From a virus, in the IMG/VR virus record IMGVR_UViG_3300045988_144509, positions 1 to 52,424 of that record: DNA of 52,424 nt, one strand, 5' to 3'. The position numbers and the translations under genes were made by a program. Of this stretch, positions 42,938 through 52,424 are shown one piece after another. Each line of letters opens with the position of its first letter. The stretch's first letter is position 1. Under the pieces are notes generated by a model. It was not told where the DNA came from and made no database searches. It saw only the letters and a list, made by a program, of their open reading frames with translations.

Positions 42938-43318
42938 ATGGATAGCAAATATCTAACAAAAGAAGAAGTAATACAAGTTGTTAACGCACTCCTAGTGGGT
43001 GCGTTTGATAACCTAGAAAAGTATACTTCTATTATTGATTTAACAACCGAAGAAGCTTTGCAAAAGGTTGAAAATTATCTAAATAGAAAAGTTCCTAAAC
43101 AGTTAAAATTTGTAGTAGCTAGAATGGTACAGACTTCTATACTTACAACTTATGCAAATGAAAGCAATTTGCAAAGTGGTGAAAGTATTAAACGTATCAA
43201 AGAGGATGCCAAAGAAGTAGAGTTTGACACAGCTAGCGAAAGCCCTAATCTTAATATCTTATCTTTTAATACTGACATTCTAAAAGAATTGCATAGATAT
43301 AGGGTAATGAGCAGATGA
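42938..43318 (+). CDS. Head-tail connector (gp6-like)
   Basis: 126 aa; MDSKYLTKEEVIQVVNAL.. matches the gp6-like connector N-terminal pattern. Confidence 0.45.
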   Translation: MDSKYLTKEEVIQVVNALLVGAFDNLEKYTSIIDLTTEEALQKVENYLNRKVPKQLKFVVARMVQTSILTTYANESNLQSGESIKRIKEDAKEVEFDTASESPNLNILSFNTDILKELHRYRVMSR

Positions 43319-43677
43319 TAAATATAAACTCATATCTTAGGTATTTTGATAACGATTTAATTGATATCAGCAGACGTTTCTATAATAAGGAAACAGGCAG
43401 AGAAGAATTAAAAGAACTGTACACTGATGTAAAATGCGATATACAATTAAAAGAAATAGATAATCCAGATACCAACGCACTAGCTACAGCACCAATTATA
43501 ACAGTTTTAAAAATATACTGCAACAATGATGTAGATATACAAAATAATGATTATGTAACCGCTTATAAGAAAGATAACAAAAATAATATCATTGCTACTT
43601 ATAAAGGAAACAGTGGGCAACCATACAAAGATTTAAGTCGTACGCAATTTGTAATGACCATAAAGGAACGGTTATAA
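43315..43677 (+). CDS. Head-tail adaptor / head closure protein
   Basis: 120 aa, translationally coupled in the neck gene block. Confidence 0.4.
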   Translation: MININSYLRYFDNDLIDISRRFYNKETGREELKELYTDVKCDIQLKEIDNPDTNALATAPIITVLKIYCNNDVDIQNNDYVTAYKKDNKNNIIATYKGNSGQPYKDLSRTQFVMTIKERL

Positions 43678-44129
43678 TGGGTGGTATGGATTTAACACAG
43701 ATAAGAAGATTTCAGCGGAATTATGAAAAAGCTAAGACTGAATTTAAGGATTGGCTGGCTGATTTCTTAATAAAAGAGGGGTACAAGGTTGTTAATTTAG
43801 CACAGGGTAGAACACCTGTTGATACAGGTGCGTTGAGGGCTAGTTGGGCTGTAGGTAACCAAAAGATAAAGAAAGTTGTTGGTGAAGATGGTAAAATTGT
43901 TGCAGAAATAGAACAGCAAGCAACAAGAGAAAGCTTAAAAATCGCAGGCAATATATATTATGTAACAATATCTAACGGTCAATTCTACGCTTCTTATGTT
44001 GAGTATGGAACTGTAAAAAGACGTGCTGAATACATGCTTACACGTTCGCTAGATGATATAAGGCGAGAAATGCCAATAAGATTTAGTAACGAATTTGAAG
44101 ATTTTATAAAGCGTTTAGGTGGTGCTTAA
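43677..44129 (+). CDS. HK97 gp10-family neck protein
   Basis: 150 aa; ..GRTPVDTGALRASWAV.. matches the gp10-family motif. Confidence 0.55.
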   Translation: MGGMDLTQIRRFQRNYEKAKTEFKDWLADFLIKEGYKVVNLAQGRTPVDTGALRASWAVGNQKIKKVVGEDGKIVAEIEQQATRESLKIAGNIYYVTISNGQFYASYVEYGTVKRRAEYMLTRSLDDIRREMPIRFSNEFEDFIKRLGGA

Positions 44130-44574
44130 TATGGATATAAATTATGATACTGTATTAAATGCTATCTATAAACAATTACAAAAACTATATCCAGAATATA
44201 CTGTATATAAAAATCTTATATCTAATCCTGAATACCCTAATTTTTTTATAAACAAGATATCAGTTATTCCTATACCAGATACTAAAAATTTTTGGTGGTT
44301 AGACTATTTGTTTGCTATAGAATATAGACATGCAGAAGATTTAACCATAGCAATGAATTTAGAGGAAAAGCTTGACGAAGTAGGATTTAATTTAAATGAA
44401 AACTTGTGGTATTTAGAGGATATAAAAACATGGATTAAAGACCCTAGTATAAACAAGGGCGAAGGTGTTCTTTCTTTTACTTTTAATGTTAGAATTAGAG
44501 TAAGAAAAGAAGAATTAGAAGAATTAATGAGAACTTTAACAATAAACGATAAGGAAAATCAAACGGAGGTCTAA
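44119..44574 (+). CDS. Tail terminator / neck protein (positional)
   Basis: 151-aa ORF just upstream of the sheath gene. Confidence 0.35.
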   Translation: MVLNMDINYDTVLNAIYKQLQKLYPEYTVYKNLISNPEYPNFFINKISVIPIPDTKNFWWLDYLFAIEYRHAEDLTIAMNLEEKLDEVGFNLNENLWYLEDIKTWIKDPSINKGEGVLSFTFNVRIRVRKEELEELMRTLTINDKENQTEV

Positions 44575-44577
44575 TTA

Positions 44578-45972
44578 ATGGCAAGTGCGGGCGGAAGTTG
44601 GCAAACACAAAATAAAGTAAGACCAGGGGCTTACATCAACTTTAGTAACGTAGAAACACCGTTAATTAATGTAGGTGATAGAGGTATTGCCACTGTTGCT
44701 ATGGAAATGAGCTGGGGTGCAGAAGGTGAATTAATTGACGTTTATTCTTCTGACCTTACAGACGGTAAAAGTCGTAAGAAAATAGGTTATACAGCAACAG
44801 ACAAAGAAGAAAGCTTAATTGCAAGAGCTATGCTTTCTAATTGCTACATGGTTAAATTCTATAACCTTAATTCTGGCGGTGCTAAAGCTACTAAAAAAGA
44901 TGATACAAGCACACTTACTGCTACTGCTAAATACAATGGTACAGCAGGAAATAAAATAACAATTCAAGTAACAAAATCAAAAATTAATGAGTCTAAATAT
45001 ACAGTAACTACTTTATGGGACGGCTTGGAAGTTGATATTCAGACTGTAACAGCATTAGAAGAAATAAAAGATAATGATTATGTTACATTTACCCATGAAG
45101 AAGGTTATATTGCAGAGATTGCAGGAATGCCGCTCGAAGGCGGTTCTGATGGAACATACAGCAAGTCGAATTATGATAACTATTTTAATTTATTAAAAAC
45201 CGCTAAATGGCAATGTATGGCTATTATTAAAGATGGCTCAAATATAAATGCTACTGCACAGCAAGTAATTCAAGACATGAGGGACGAGAACGGGCGTAAG
45301 GTTCAATGTTGTCTTTATGATACCACTGCTGGTAAATATGACTATGAAGGAATTATAAGAAGTGAGCAAGGATTAAAAAACGTTGCTGATGACGAAGAAC
45401 TTACTGCTGAACAAGTTCCAGCTTTAGTATGTGGACTTACAGCAGGTGCAAGTATTACACAGAGCAACACACATAAAGCATTAACAGATTTCTATGTAGA
45501 CACTATTGTACCAGAATATACTAATAATGAAATCATTGAAAAACTTGGCGAAGGTGCTTTCTTATTCTCTAGTAGAGATGATGGTACTGTACAAGTAGAA
45601 AAAGATATTAACACTTTTAGAACATATACACCTACAAAATCATACCCATTCTCTAAAAATAAAGTTATTCGTGTCATTGATGAAATGAACCAAAGTATCA
45701 AAGATGTTTGGGATGTTTCCTATTGTGGTAAAGTTGGCAATAGCGCTACAGGTAGAGATATATTCAAAGGCGATATTATTAGTTATATTAAAAAGCTTCA
45801 AAACATGGGTGCAGTAGATACAGTGTTGAAAGATGGCAGTAATTATGATTTAGTTTCTAACATCAAAGTAACACGTGGCGAAAATATTGACGCAGTAGTA
45901 ACTAATATTTATAACTTGCCTGTTATTGACAATATGGATATTCTATACTGTGATGTAGTTATCCAGTCTTAA
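44578..45972 (+). CDS. Contractile tail sheath protein
   Basis: 464 aa; N-terminus MASAGGSWQTQNKVRPGAYINF.. typical of XkdK-like sheath proteins; followed by the tube gene. Confidence 0.65.
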   Translation: MASAGGSWQTQNKVRPGAYINFSNVETPLINVGDRGIATVAMEMSWGAEGELIDVYSSDLTDGKSRKKIGYTATDKEESLIARAMLSNCYMVKFYNLNSGGAKATKKDDTSTLTATAKYNGTAGNKITIQVTKSKINESKYTVTTLWDGLEVDIQTVTALEEIKDNDYVTFTHEEGYIAEIAGMPLEGGSDGTYSKSNYDNYFNLLKTAKWQCMAIIKDGSNINATAQQVIQDMRDENGRKVQCCLYDTTAGKYDYEGIIRSEQGLKNVADDEELTAEQVPALVCGLTAGASITQSNTHKALTDFYVDTIVPEYTNNEIIEKLGEGAFLFSSRDDGTVQVEKDINTFRTYTPTKSYPFSKNKVIRVIDEMNQSIKDVWDVSYCGKVGNSATGRDIFKGDIISYIKKLQNMGAVDTVLKDGSNYDLVSNIKVTRGENIDAVVTNIYNLPVIDNMDILYCDVVIQS

Positions 45973-45984
45973 GGAGGTTAATCA

Positions 45985-46452
45985 ATGAGTTATTTATTGG
46001 CTGGCGATACCGTAAATGGTAGAGAAGGCACAGTTTATGCTACAATAAAAGGTAAAGTATATAACCTTTTGGAAATTAAGACACTTGAAGCAAAAGTTGA
46101 AAAGCAAAAAAGTGATATACCTGTTCTTGGATTTAGAGGCATGCAAACAAAAGCAAAAGGGTATAAAGGTTCTGGAAGTATTGAAGCGTACTATGTTTCT
46201 TCTTTACCTAGACAAACACTTATAGATTATATGAATACTGGTGTTGATACCTATTTTACAATAGTGGTAACAAATGAAGATAAAACAACGTCTTTGGGCG
46301 CTCAACGCATTCAATTAAACAATGTTAATATTGATAGTGCTGTTATTGCAAAAGTTGATGTTGACGCAGATAACCTTACAGAAAGCTATGACTTTACTTT
46401 TGACAGCGCTGAAATATTACAAGCTTTTGACAGACCAGATTATTTTGATTAA
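45985..46452 (+). CDS. Tail tube protein (XkdM-like)
   Basis: 155 aa directly after the sheath; RBS AAGGAGG. Confidence 0.55.
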   Translation: MSYLLAGDTVNGREGTVYATIKGKVYNLLEIKTLEAKVEKQKSDIPVLGFRGMQTKAKGYKGSGSIEAYYVSSLPRQTLIDYMNTGVDTYFTIVVTNEDKTTSLGAQRIQLNNVNIDSAVIAKVDVDADNLTESYDFTFDSAEILQAFDRPDYFD

Positions 46453-46463
46453 GAGGTAAATAA

Positions 46464-46844
46464 ATGACTTTAAAAGAATTTTTATTAGGTAGAAATATTA
46501 CAGATATTGAAGAAGTAACAGTTATTGAAGGTCAAGAACCTTTTAAAATTAAACCTGTTACTAATAAACAACTTGACGATATTACCAAACAATGTACAAA
46601 AGTAAAAGATGGCGAAGTAATCTTTAATACAAGAAAACAAAATCTTTTATTCATTGTAGATAATTGCGTTGAGCCAGATTTTAGGGACGCTGAATTTTTA
46701 AAACAATTAAATTGCGTAGACCCTATGGAAGCAGTAGAAAAAGTTTTAAAAGCTGGCGAAATCGCTACACTCGTTAAGAAAATTTCTGAAATTAGTGGTT
46801 TTGATACAGGTATCAATAAAAAAATTAAACTCGCAAAAAACTAA
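46464..46844 (+). CDS. Tail assembly chaperone (XkdN-like)
   Basis: 126-aa ORF between the tube and tape measure genes. Confidence 0.45.
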   Translation: MTLKEFLLGRNITDIEEVTVIEGQEPFKIKPVTNKQLDDITKQCTKVKDGEVIFNTRKQNLLFIVDNCVEPDFRDAEFLKQLNCVDPMEAVEKVLKAGEIATLVKKISEISGFDTGINKKIKLAKN

Positions 46845-46873
46845 TAAAGAAAGATGGCGAGGCTGGATATTGT

Positions 46874-47014
46874 ATGTATGCAGTTTTAAAACTCCGTTGG
46901 AAACCAGCGGAGTTCGTCAATCTTTCTGACGAAGAAAAAGCATTTGTTATTGCTTGTATAGATGAACAACTAGAAGCAGATAAAAAAGCTAGTAGAGAAG
47001 CCAAAAGGAGGTAA
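46874..47014 (+). CDS. Small ORF between chaperone and tape measure (46 aa), not in ORF track
   Basis: MYAVLKLRWKPAEFVNLSDEEKAFVIACIDEQLEADKKASREAKRR; occupies the position of the second chaperone ORF in XkdN/XkdO-type clusters. Confidence 0.3.
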   Translation: MYAVLKLRWKPAEFVNLSDEEKAFVIACIDEQLEADKKASREAKRR

Positions 47015-47019
47015 AAACA

Positions 47020-49365
47020 GTGGCTGAAATACGAAGTAGAATAAGCCTTGAGGACGCAATGAGCGGTCGATTGGGGCAAATATCCAACTCTTTAAATATA
47101 ATGATTGGACATATGGAAACAGCCAACGCTACAACTAGACAATTAGAAAGTAGCTTAAATAGTGCTATCAGTTCCTCCATTACTAGCTCTATTAGCGGTT
47201 TATCTCAAGAAATGCAAAGAGTCGCTCAAAATACAGAGGTAATGTCTACCAATATTGAAAGAGCGTTGACACGTATAAGCAGTGGTGCAAGCAGAGCAAC
47301 TGAAAACGTAGGAATATTCGGAAGAATGTTTAAAGGCGCTTTCGGTCAATATTTTTTAGCTGAATTGATGAGCGAAGCAGTATGGCGAGTAGCCGAAGCA
47401 TTATTTCAAGTGCCTGGAGCTGTTATCGATTTAGCTGATGAATTTGCAAGTACGCAAGCCAGAATAGGATTGATAACAGATGACGTACAAGGTTTAAGCG
47501 ACGCTATTTATCAAGCTTCTTTGCGTTCTCGTGGCTCTTATGCTCAAATGGCAGACACTGTAGCTAAGTTAGGTTTAACAGCTAGAAATGCTTTTAAATC
47601 TACAGAAGAAATAGTCCCATTTGTAGAAAATATACAAAAAATGTTTGCTATTGGTGGAACAGGAACAGCACAACAACAGGCTTCACTACTTCAATTAAGG
47701 CAAGCGTTAGGTAGTGGCAAGCTACAAGGTGATGAATTTAGGTCTATTGCGGAAAATGCCCCAATGTTAGAACAGATAATATCTAAGTATATGGGTGTTA
47801 CACAAGGAGAACTAAAAGACCTAGCAAAAGACGGAGAAATAACTGCTAGTATAATGAGAAATGCAATATTAGGTGCTACTGATGAAATAGAAGCTAAGTT
47901 CAAAAACATGCCGAGAACATTCGGGCAAAACATGCAACTACTAGGAACTATTGCATTTAACGCATTTACTCCATTTTGGCAACAGTTATCAGCCATAGCA
48001 GACTCACCTGCAATGAACCAAATATTTGACGGATTTTATATGGGTGTTACATTAGCAGGTAAAGCACTAGCAGGACTTGTTAATAATATTAGATGGTTCG
48101 TTGGTGTGATAGGGCAAGCTTATACAGCTACTAAAGATTTTATAAATCCATTTGTCGGCGGTCTTTTGACTACCATAGGGCTACTTGCTATATTTAAAAC
48201 TTCTTTAATTGCTGTTAGTGCAATAAGTTTTCTTTCTGGTGGTATTAGAACGCTAATAACAATGATACAATTATTGCCTACCGCAATATCATTGATAAGA
48301 AGTTTAGGATTAGCACAAGCCTTGGCTTCTATGTCTGCTTTGGAAATGTGGGGTTCTTTGATACTACCAATAGGCTTAGTATTGGGTGCTATATATCTAA
48401 TTGTTGACGCTTTTGGAGCTTGGCAAACTGTAGCAGAATACGCATTATCTTTTCTTATAGGTGCATTAATGACTGCTTTTTATACTGTTACTGTGCTAGC
48501 TGGTGCTTGGCTAGTTTGGAACGGATTAAAATTTATAGGTACTTTATATGAACTAGCTTATGCTGGCGTTGTTCTAGTTACAAATAGTTATTTAGCAGTT
48601 ATGTATATTAGAACGTTGGCTGTAGCAGGTGCGCAGGCTGTTTTAAATGCTATAATAAGCATGAACCCTTTACCATTTCTTATAGGGTTAATATTTGTTG
48701 TAATTAGTGCTTTTGTTGGCTGGCAAGTAGCAAGCAATGGTTTAAGAAATACATTGGTTAGTGTATTTTCAGAAATAGCAAGTGCAATAGCAAGTGCAAT
48801 AAACTTTATAATAGATAAAATAAACGGCCTTATAAGTGCCTTTAATGCTGTTAAAAGCGCTTCTAATGAGATATTCGGAACAGGCTTTTCCACAACAGGC
48901 GAAATATCTTGGAGAGCTGATACTTACGCTTGGAAATCTGCTGGAGCTAGTTTTGGCAATAGTGTTGCTGATTTTATAGAAAACCCTATGGGGTCTATAC
49001 AAGAAGCTATGGGAAATGTTATGCCTTCTAGTGTAATGAGTGGTGCTGGTGGTTATGATTTCGGAGCGATACCACCAATGGATAGTTTAGGCGGTGCAGG
49101 AAAAGAAGGAAAAGCGCCTAAGCCTGTAAAAGTTAAAGGTGGAAAACTAGACAAAGACCAACAAATAACACTAGCAGAAGAAAATTTGCAGTTAATAACA
49201 GACCTAGCGAGAAAAGAAGTAATATTAAATTATCAACAACTTACCCCACAGGTAACAATTACAATGGGTGATATAAGAGAAACGGCAGATGTTGATACTG
49301 TTATAGATAGATTAGAAACACGATTAACCGAACTTTACGACGGCAGTTTGCAAGGTGGTGTTTAA
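47020..49365 (+). CDS. Tail tape measure protein
   Basis: 781 aa; GTG start with AGGAGG 8 nt upstream; Ala/Gly/Ser-rich N-terminal half and hydrophobic central region. Confidence 0.65.
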   Translation: MAEIRSRISLEDAMSGRLGQISNSLNIMIGHMETANATTRQLESSLNSAISSSITSSISGLSQEMQRVAQNTEVMSTNIERALTRISSGASRATENVGIFGRMFKGAFGQYFLAELMSEAVWRVAEALFQVPGAVIDLADEFASTQARIGLITDDVQGLSDAIYQASLRSRGSYAQMADTVAKLGLTARNAFKSTEEIVPFVENIQKMFAIGGTGTAQQQASLLQLRQALGSGKLQGDEFRSIAENAPMLEQIISKYMGVTQGELKDLAKDGEITASIMRNAILGATDEIEAKFKNMPRTFGQNMQLLGTIAFNAFTPFWQQLSAIADSPAMNQIFDGFYMGVTLAGKALAGLVNNIRWFVGVIGQAYTATKDFINPFVGGLLTTIGLLAIFKTSLIAVSAISFLSGGIRTLITMIQLLPTAISLIRSLGLAQALASMSALEMWGSLILPIGLVLGAIYLIVDAFGAWQTVAEYALSFLIGALMTAFYTVTVLAGAWLVWNGLKFIGTLYELAYAGVVLVTNSYLAVMYIRTLAVAGAQAVLNAIISMNPLPFLIGLIFVVISAFVGWQVASNGLRNTLVSVFSEIASAIASAINFIIDKINGLISAFNAVKSASNEIFGTGFSTTGEISWRADTYAWKSAGASFGNSVADFIENPMGSIQEAMGNVMPSSVMSGAGGYDFGAIPPMDSLGGAGKEGKAPKPVKVKGGKLDKDQQITLAEENLQLITDLARKEVILNYQQLTPQVTITMGDIRETADVDTVIDRLETRLTELYDGSLQGGV

Positions 49366-50259
49366 ATGGGATTTATAGGGAATATAGGCAACATAGGAAA
49401 CACTGTCGAAGGCTTAGGAAATAGCTTGAGCGGTTTAGGTAGTAATATCGGCAATACAATATTAAGTGCTATAGGCGGAGCAGGTACTTCAATAGTAAAT
49501 ATGTATATCGGTTCAAAGTCGGAAATTGATATATATTTCGAAAGTGAGCTAGTCTCTATTAAAATACCTGTAAATCCTGCCGACTTGACAATACCTTATA
49601 AGTATGCTAATAAGACAGAGGAAATAGTGGCACTAGGTGAGATTAATGTTTTAGGAAATCCAAAACTTGCAGATATAACAATAGAAAGTTATTTTCCTAA
49701 GCAGGGACTATTACAATTTATAAATGGTCAAGGAATTAATTATCCTCCAGAATATTTTTTTGGCTTCTTTAAGGATACAGCAGATAATAAAAAAATCATG
49801 AAGATGACAGTTACTAGACTAGATATATCTATGTTGGTATCTATAGAAAGTATTGAGCGTAAGAACGAAGCTGGCGACCATGACGATATATATTATACTT
49901 TAAAAATAAAAGAGTTCAAACCTTTCGGTGCGGTTAAATTAGATTTTGAAAAAGACAAAAACGGAAATATTAAAACAGCAGATGATGGCTCTTGGATTGT
50001 GAAAAGTCAAAACGTTGTTAAACAAAATGATGACATATTGACTGGTGAAAAAGTTATTCCTAGCGAGGTAAAATCCACAGAGGATAATCTTGCAACGGCA
50101 AGCAGAAAATATACAGGCGGTTTTGATAACTGGAAAGACATATATCAAGCCAACAAAGATACTTTAGGGGACGGATTGGGCGACTATATAGGATATAGTT
50201 TAAAAATACCTAGCGATATAAGAACGGCAGTTAAGAATAACACAGATTGGAGAATGTAA
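49366..50259 (+). CDS. Tail protein with C-terminal LysM-like domain (XkdP-like)
   Basis: 297 aa. N-terminal GNIGNIGN repeats. C-terminal ..DNWKDIYQANKDTLGDGLGDYIGYSLKIP resembles a LysM fold. Confidence 0.45.
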   Translation: MGFIGNIGNIGNTVEGLGNSLSGLGSNIGNTILSAIGGAGTSIVNMYIGSKSEIDIYFESELVSIKIPVNPADLTIPYKYANKTEEIVALGEINVLGNPKLADITIESYFPKQGLLQFINGQGINYPPEYFFGFFKDTADNKKIMKMTVTRLDISMLVSIESIERKNEAGDHDDIYYTLKIKEFKPFGAVKLDFEKDKNGNIKTADDGSWIVKSQNVVKQNDDILTGEKVIPSEVKSTEDNLATASRKYTGGFDNWKDIYQANKDTLGDGLGDYIGYSLKIPSDIRTAVKNNTDWRM

Positions 50260-50260
50260 A

Positions 50261-51328
50261 ATGCTACAGATGTTACTACAAAATAGCGAAAATGGCGACG
50301 TATTTGATATAACGTCTGTAGTGTCAGATATTCAGATAACTACAGAGATTGAAGGTCAAGCAGGAAAGCTGACCTTCTTTACTCTAAAGGATGATGTTTT
50401 AAAAATATCTAGTGGTAGCAGATTACAAGTTAAATGGGGAGATAAAGGGATATTCTTTGGATATGTCTTTAATACCCAAACGGATAAAAAAGGGAATATA
50501 AAAGTAACAGCTTACGACCAGTTAAGATATCTTAAAAACACAGATTTTTATATCAATAAAGGTGAAACATTAGCACAGACGTTTGAAAAAGAATGTACTA
50601 AATTTAACCTACAATACAGTATAGAAGAAGATAGTCAATATATCGTACCACCTAAGTTGTTTGATGGGAAAAGCATATATGATATACTTAAATATTCTGT
50701 AGAAGCTAACTTAAGAGGTAAAAAGAAGTATTATATAATTTATGATGACTACGGAACTATAAAGCTTAATAACATTGAAAACTTAAGAACAGGTTATGTT
50801 ATCGGTGATTACTCTATGGCAACAGATTATAGATATAGTAAATCTATAGATAAAGATACTTACAATCAGATTTTACTATTTACAGAAAGTAAAGATGATA
50901 GCGGACGTATTATTTCCAATCAGCAGATAGCAAAAGATAGCGATAATCAGAAGCGGTGGGGTGTTCTTCAATTAGCTAAAAAAGTTAATGAAAAAGCAAC
51001 TCAAGAAGAAATTACAGACTTTGCGAAAAACTTATTAAGTCTATACAACAGAGAAAGAGAAACATTGACTATAAACGTAATAGCAATACCGAATGATAAT
51101 GATGTATGGGATATAAGAGCAGGGGCAGGAATATTTATTGATATATCTTCTGCATTAGGTGATATAGGTAAAACAAAAACAACAGATAACCAAGGAAAAG
51201 AAGCAACTAAAAGAGAAATGTATATAATAAGTAGATGTACGCACGCTCTTAAAAATGAAAACTATCATACAATTAGACTTGATATAATAAAAGAAACTAT
51301 GACACCACAAGAAAAGGCAGGTGTATAA
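50261..51328 (+). CDS. Baseplate hub/gpD-like protein (XkdQ-like)
   Basis: 355 aa following the LysM protein, in the conserved PBSX-like order. Confidence 0.45.
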   Translation: MLQMLLQNSENGDVFDITSVVSDIQITTEIEGQAGKLTFFTLKDDVLKISSGSRLQVKWGDKGIFFGYVFNTQTDKKGNIKVTAYDQLRYLKNTDFYINKGETLAQTFEKECTKFNLQYSIEEDSQYIVPPKLFDGKSIYDILKYSVEANLRGKKKYYIIYDDYGTIKLNNIENLRTGYVIGDYSMATDYRYSKSIDKDTYNQILLFTESKDDSGRIISNQQIAKDSDNQKRWGVLQLAKKVNEKATQEEITDFAKNLLSLYNRERETLTINVIAIPNDNDVWDIRAGAGIFIDISSALGDIGKTKTTDNQGKEATKREMYIISRCTHALKNENYHTIRLDIIKETMTPQEKAGV

Positions 51329-51689
51329 GTTGAACATTATTGATATAATGAGAAAAGTTGCAGATGATAAAAATCCACAGGCTGACAAAACTGGAATTGT
51401 TTTTGCTACTATTACAAGTGTAAATCCTATAGAAATATTGGTTGACGGATACACAGAAAGCATACCACAAGATTTTATTATACTTAGTCCATTCTGTAGA
51501 AGATATGTTTTACCAAAACCACATAAACACAATGATATAGCACCAGATACACCACAAACAGATACAGAAACAGACGAAATTGAAGTATGGAGAGATATTC
51601 AAGCTGGTGATAGAGTTATTTGTCAAAAAACAAACGAAGGGCAAACTTATTATATTTTGCAACGTGTTGAAATGGAGGGATTTAGATGA
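51321..51689 (+). CDS. Baseplate protein (XkdR/DUF2577-like)
   Basis: 122-aa ORF in the conserved position. Confidence 0.4.
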   Translation: MYKLNIIDIMRKVADDKNPQADKTGIVFATITSVNPIEILVDGYTESIPQDFIILSPFCRRYVLPKPHKHNDIAPDTPQTDTETDEIEVWRDIQAGDRVICQKTNEGQTYYILQRVEMEGFR

Positions 51690-52090
51690 TACCAGAAATA
51701 CAAAATATTACATTCCCTAGACAAACAGCACAGCCTTCTAAAACATACAAAATTGATACAGTTAGTGGTAGATTGGTAAGCAAAATAGACGGAAAAGAAG
51801 CCATAAGGCAAGCGGTAGATAAAATATTAATAACCGAACGTTACGCATGGTTGATATATGATTGGAATTATGGTATTGGTCTTGATAAATATATTGGAAA
51901 AGATTTTGCTTACATAAAAGCAGATATAAAGAAAAACGCTGAAAATGCCATATTATATGATGATAGAGTTTTATCTATAAATAGTGTTGATGTTATTAAA
52001 ATCGGTATAGATAGTATGTATATAAGATATAACATTAGTACGACAGACGGAGAAATAACAAGTACAGTAAAAATAGCAGGGGAGGAATGA
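51686..52090 (+). CDS. Baseplate wedge protein (XkdS/gp25-like)
   Basis: 134-aa ORF in the conserved position, same frame as the downstream baseplate J. Confidence 0.4.
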   Translation: MIPEIQNITFPRQTAQPSKTYKIDTVSGRLVSKIDGKEAIRQAVDKILITERYAWLIYDWNYGIGLDKYIGKDFAYIKADIKKNAENAILYDDRVLSINSVDVIKIGIDSMYIRYNISTTDGEITSTVKIAGEE

Positions 52091-52093
52091 TTT

Positions 52094-52424
52094 TTGGCTT
52101 ATGAATGGGAATATCTTGACAGTAGTCAATACACGTTTGACGGCTTAATGCAACAATGTTTAGCACGTATTCCAGATGATTTTGATAAGCGTCAAGGTTC
52201 AGTAATCTATGATGCTATAGCGCCTTGTATCGTAGAAATAGCTAAAAACTACCAACAATTACAGCTATTCTATATGAATACGTATTTAATGACAGCTAGT
52301 GGCAACAGCCTTGATTATAGGTGTTATGATTACGGAATAGATAGATTACAACCAACTTATGCTGAAAGAATTGCTAAATGTTTAGATAAAGACGCACAAC
52401 CAACAGATATTGAAATTGGCACAA
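52094..52424 (+). CDS. Baseplate J-like protein, N-terminal part (continues at 1..931 across the circular junction)
   Basis: TTG at 52094, 8 nt after GGGAGGAA; the frame stays open to the window end. The last 119 nt duplicate 1-119. Confidence 0.5.
   Translation, partial: MAYEWEYLDSSQYTFDGLMQQCLARIPDDFDKRQGSVIYDAIAPCIVEIAKNYQQLQLFYMNTYLMTASGNSLDYRCYDYGIDRLQPTYAERIAKCLDKDAQPTDIEIGT
52306..52424. repeat. Terminal direct repeat of the window (identical to 1..119): circular or circularly permuted genome of 52,305 bp
   Basis: Exact 119/119 identity between the two ends. Confidence 0.9.

Noticed and set aside
46464-47014. Programmed -1 frameshift between the tail chaperone and the following small ORF
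   Set aside because: The two ORFs do not overlap (30-nt gap containing two stops), and no slippery heptamer is present at the chaperone 3' end.
47691-49002. Antisense ORFs inside the tape measure gene (47691..47996, 48588..48893, 48769..49002)
   Set aside because: They are shadow ORFs of a long Ala/Gly-rich gene.
1-52424. Alternative genetic code (TAA/TAG reassigned) as the explanation for in-frame stops
   Set aside because: TAA and TAG terminate most well-defined genes here (for example 921..1814 TAA, 1814..3091 TAG, holin TAG). Both stop types are involved, and no suppressor-type anticodon (CUA/UUA) is present in the encoded tRNAs.
1-52424. CRISPR array or long tandem repeats
   Set aside because: No regularly spaced direct repeats with unique spacers were seen. 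The repeated elements are promoter and terminator cassettes at irregular spacing.

Overview
This window is one complete, circularly permuted genome of a tailed, contractile-tail (myovirus-type) phage or prophage from a low-GC Firmicutes (Clostridia-like) host.

**Circularity.** Positions 52306-52424 are identical to 1-119, so the unit length is 52,305 bp. A baseplate-J gene spans that junction.

**Layout.**
- + strand, 35998 through the junction to 7290: terminase small and large subunits (the large subunit carries a 133-aa mini-intein), portal, minor head protein, scaffold, decoration and major capsid proteins, connector and neck proteins, sheath, tube, chaperone, tape measure, an XkdP/Q/R/S/T-like baseplate set, tail fibre, two holin-like proteins, a GH108-like endolysin, and small late genes including a sigma-region-4-like regulator and a YopX protein.
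- 7291-7757: regulatory region with three consensus promoters, then a Rha-family regulator.
- Minus strand, 8488-21395: early block with a DnaD-like initiator, DnaB helicase, SSB, MazG-like, DUF1064 nuclease, two zinc-ribbon repeat proteins, a tandem array of four paralogous small genes, and RHH and HTH regulators.
- + strand, 21847-23574: a Bro-N/KilAC antirepressor.
- Minus strand, 23684-34183: ERF recombinase, a Sipho_Gp157-like protein, a Dam-like MTase with an adjacent nuclease-like partner, and many small genes.
- 34186-35540: about 1.4 kb with no protein-coding potential, holding divergent consensus promoters, GC-rich hairpins and two tRNAs.

**Main observations.**
- Twelve near-identical promoter units (TTGCAT-N17-TATAAT with extended conservation) sit in front of individual genes or short operons in the 23684-34183 minus-strand block.
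- A repeated terminator family occurs three times.
- The long untranslated structured RNA regions flank the tRNA pair.
- Six gene-disrupting lesions are present: four in-frame stop codons, one frameshift, and an ACG at the predicted start of the endolysin.
- All six lesions lie in accessory, regulatory or lysis genes; none is in the core virion genes.
- No integrase or CI-type repressor was recognised.
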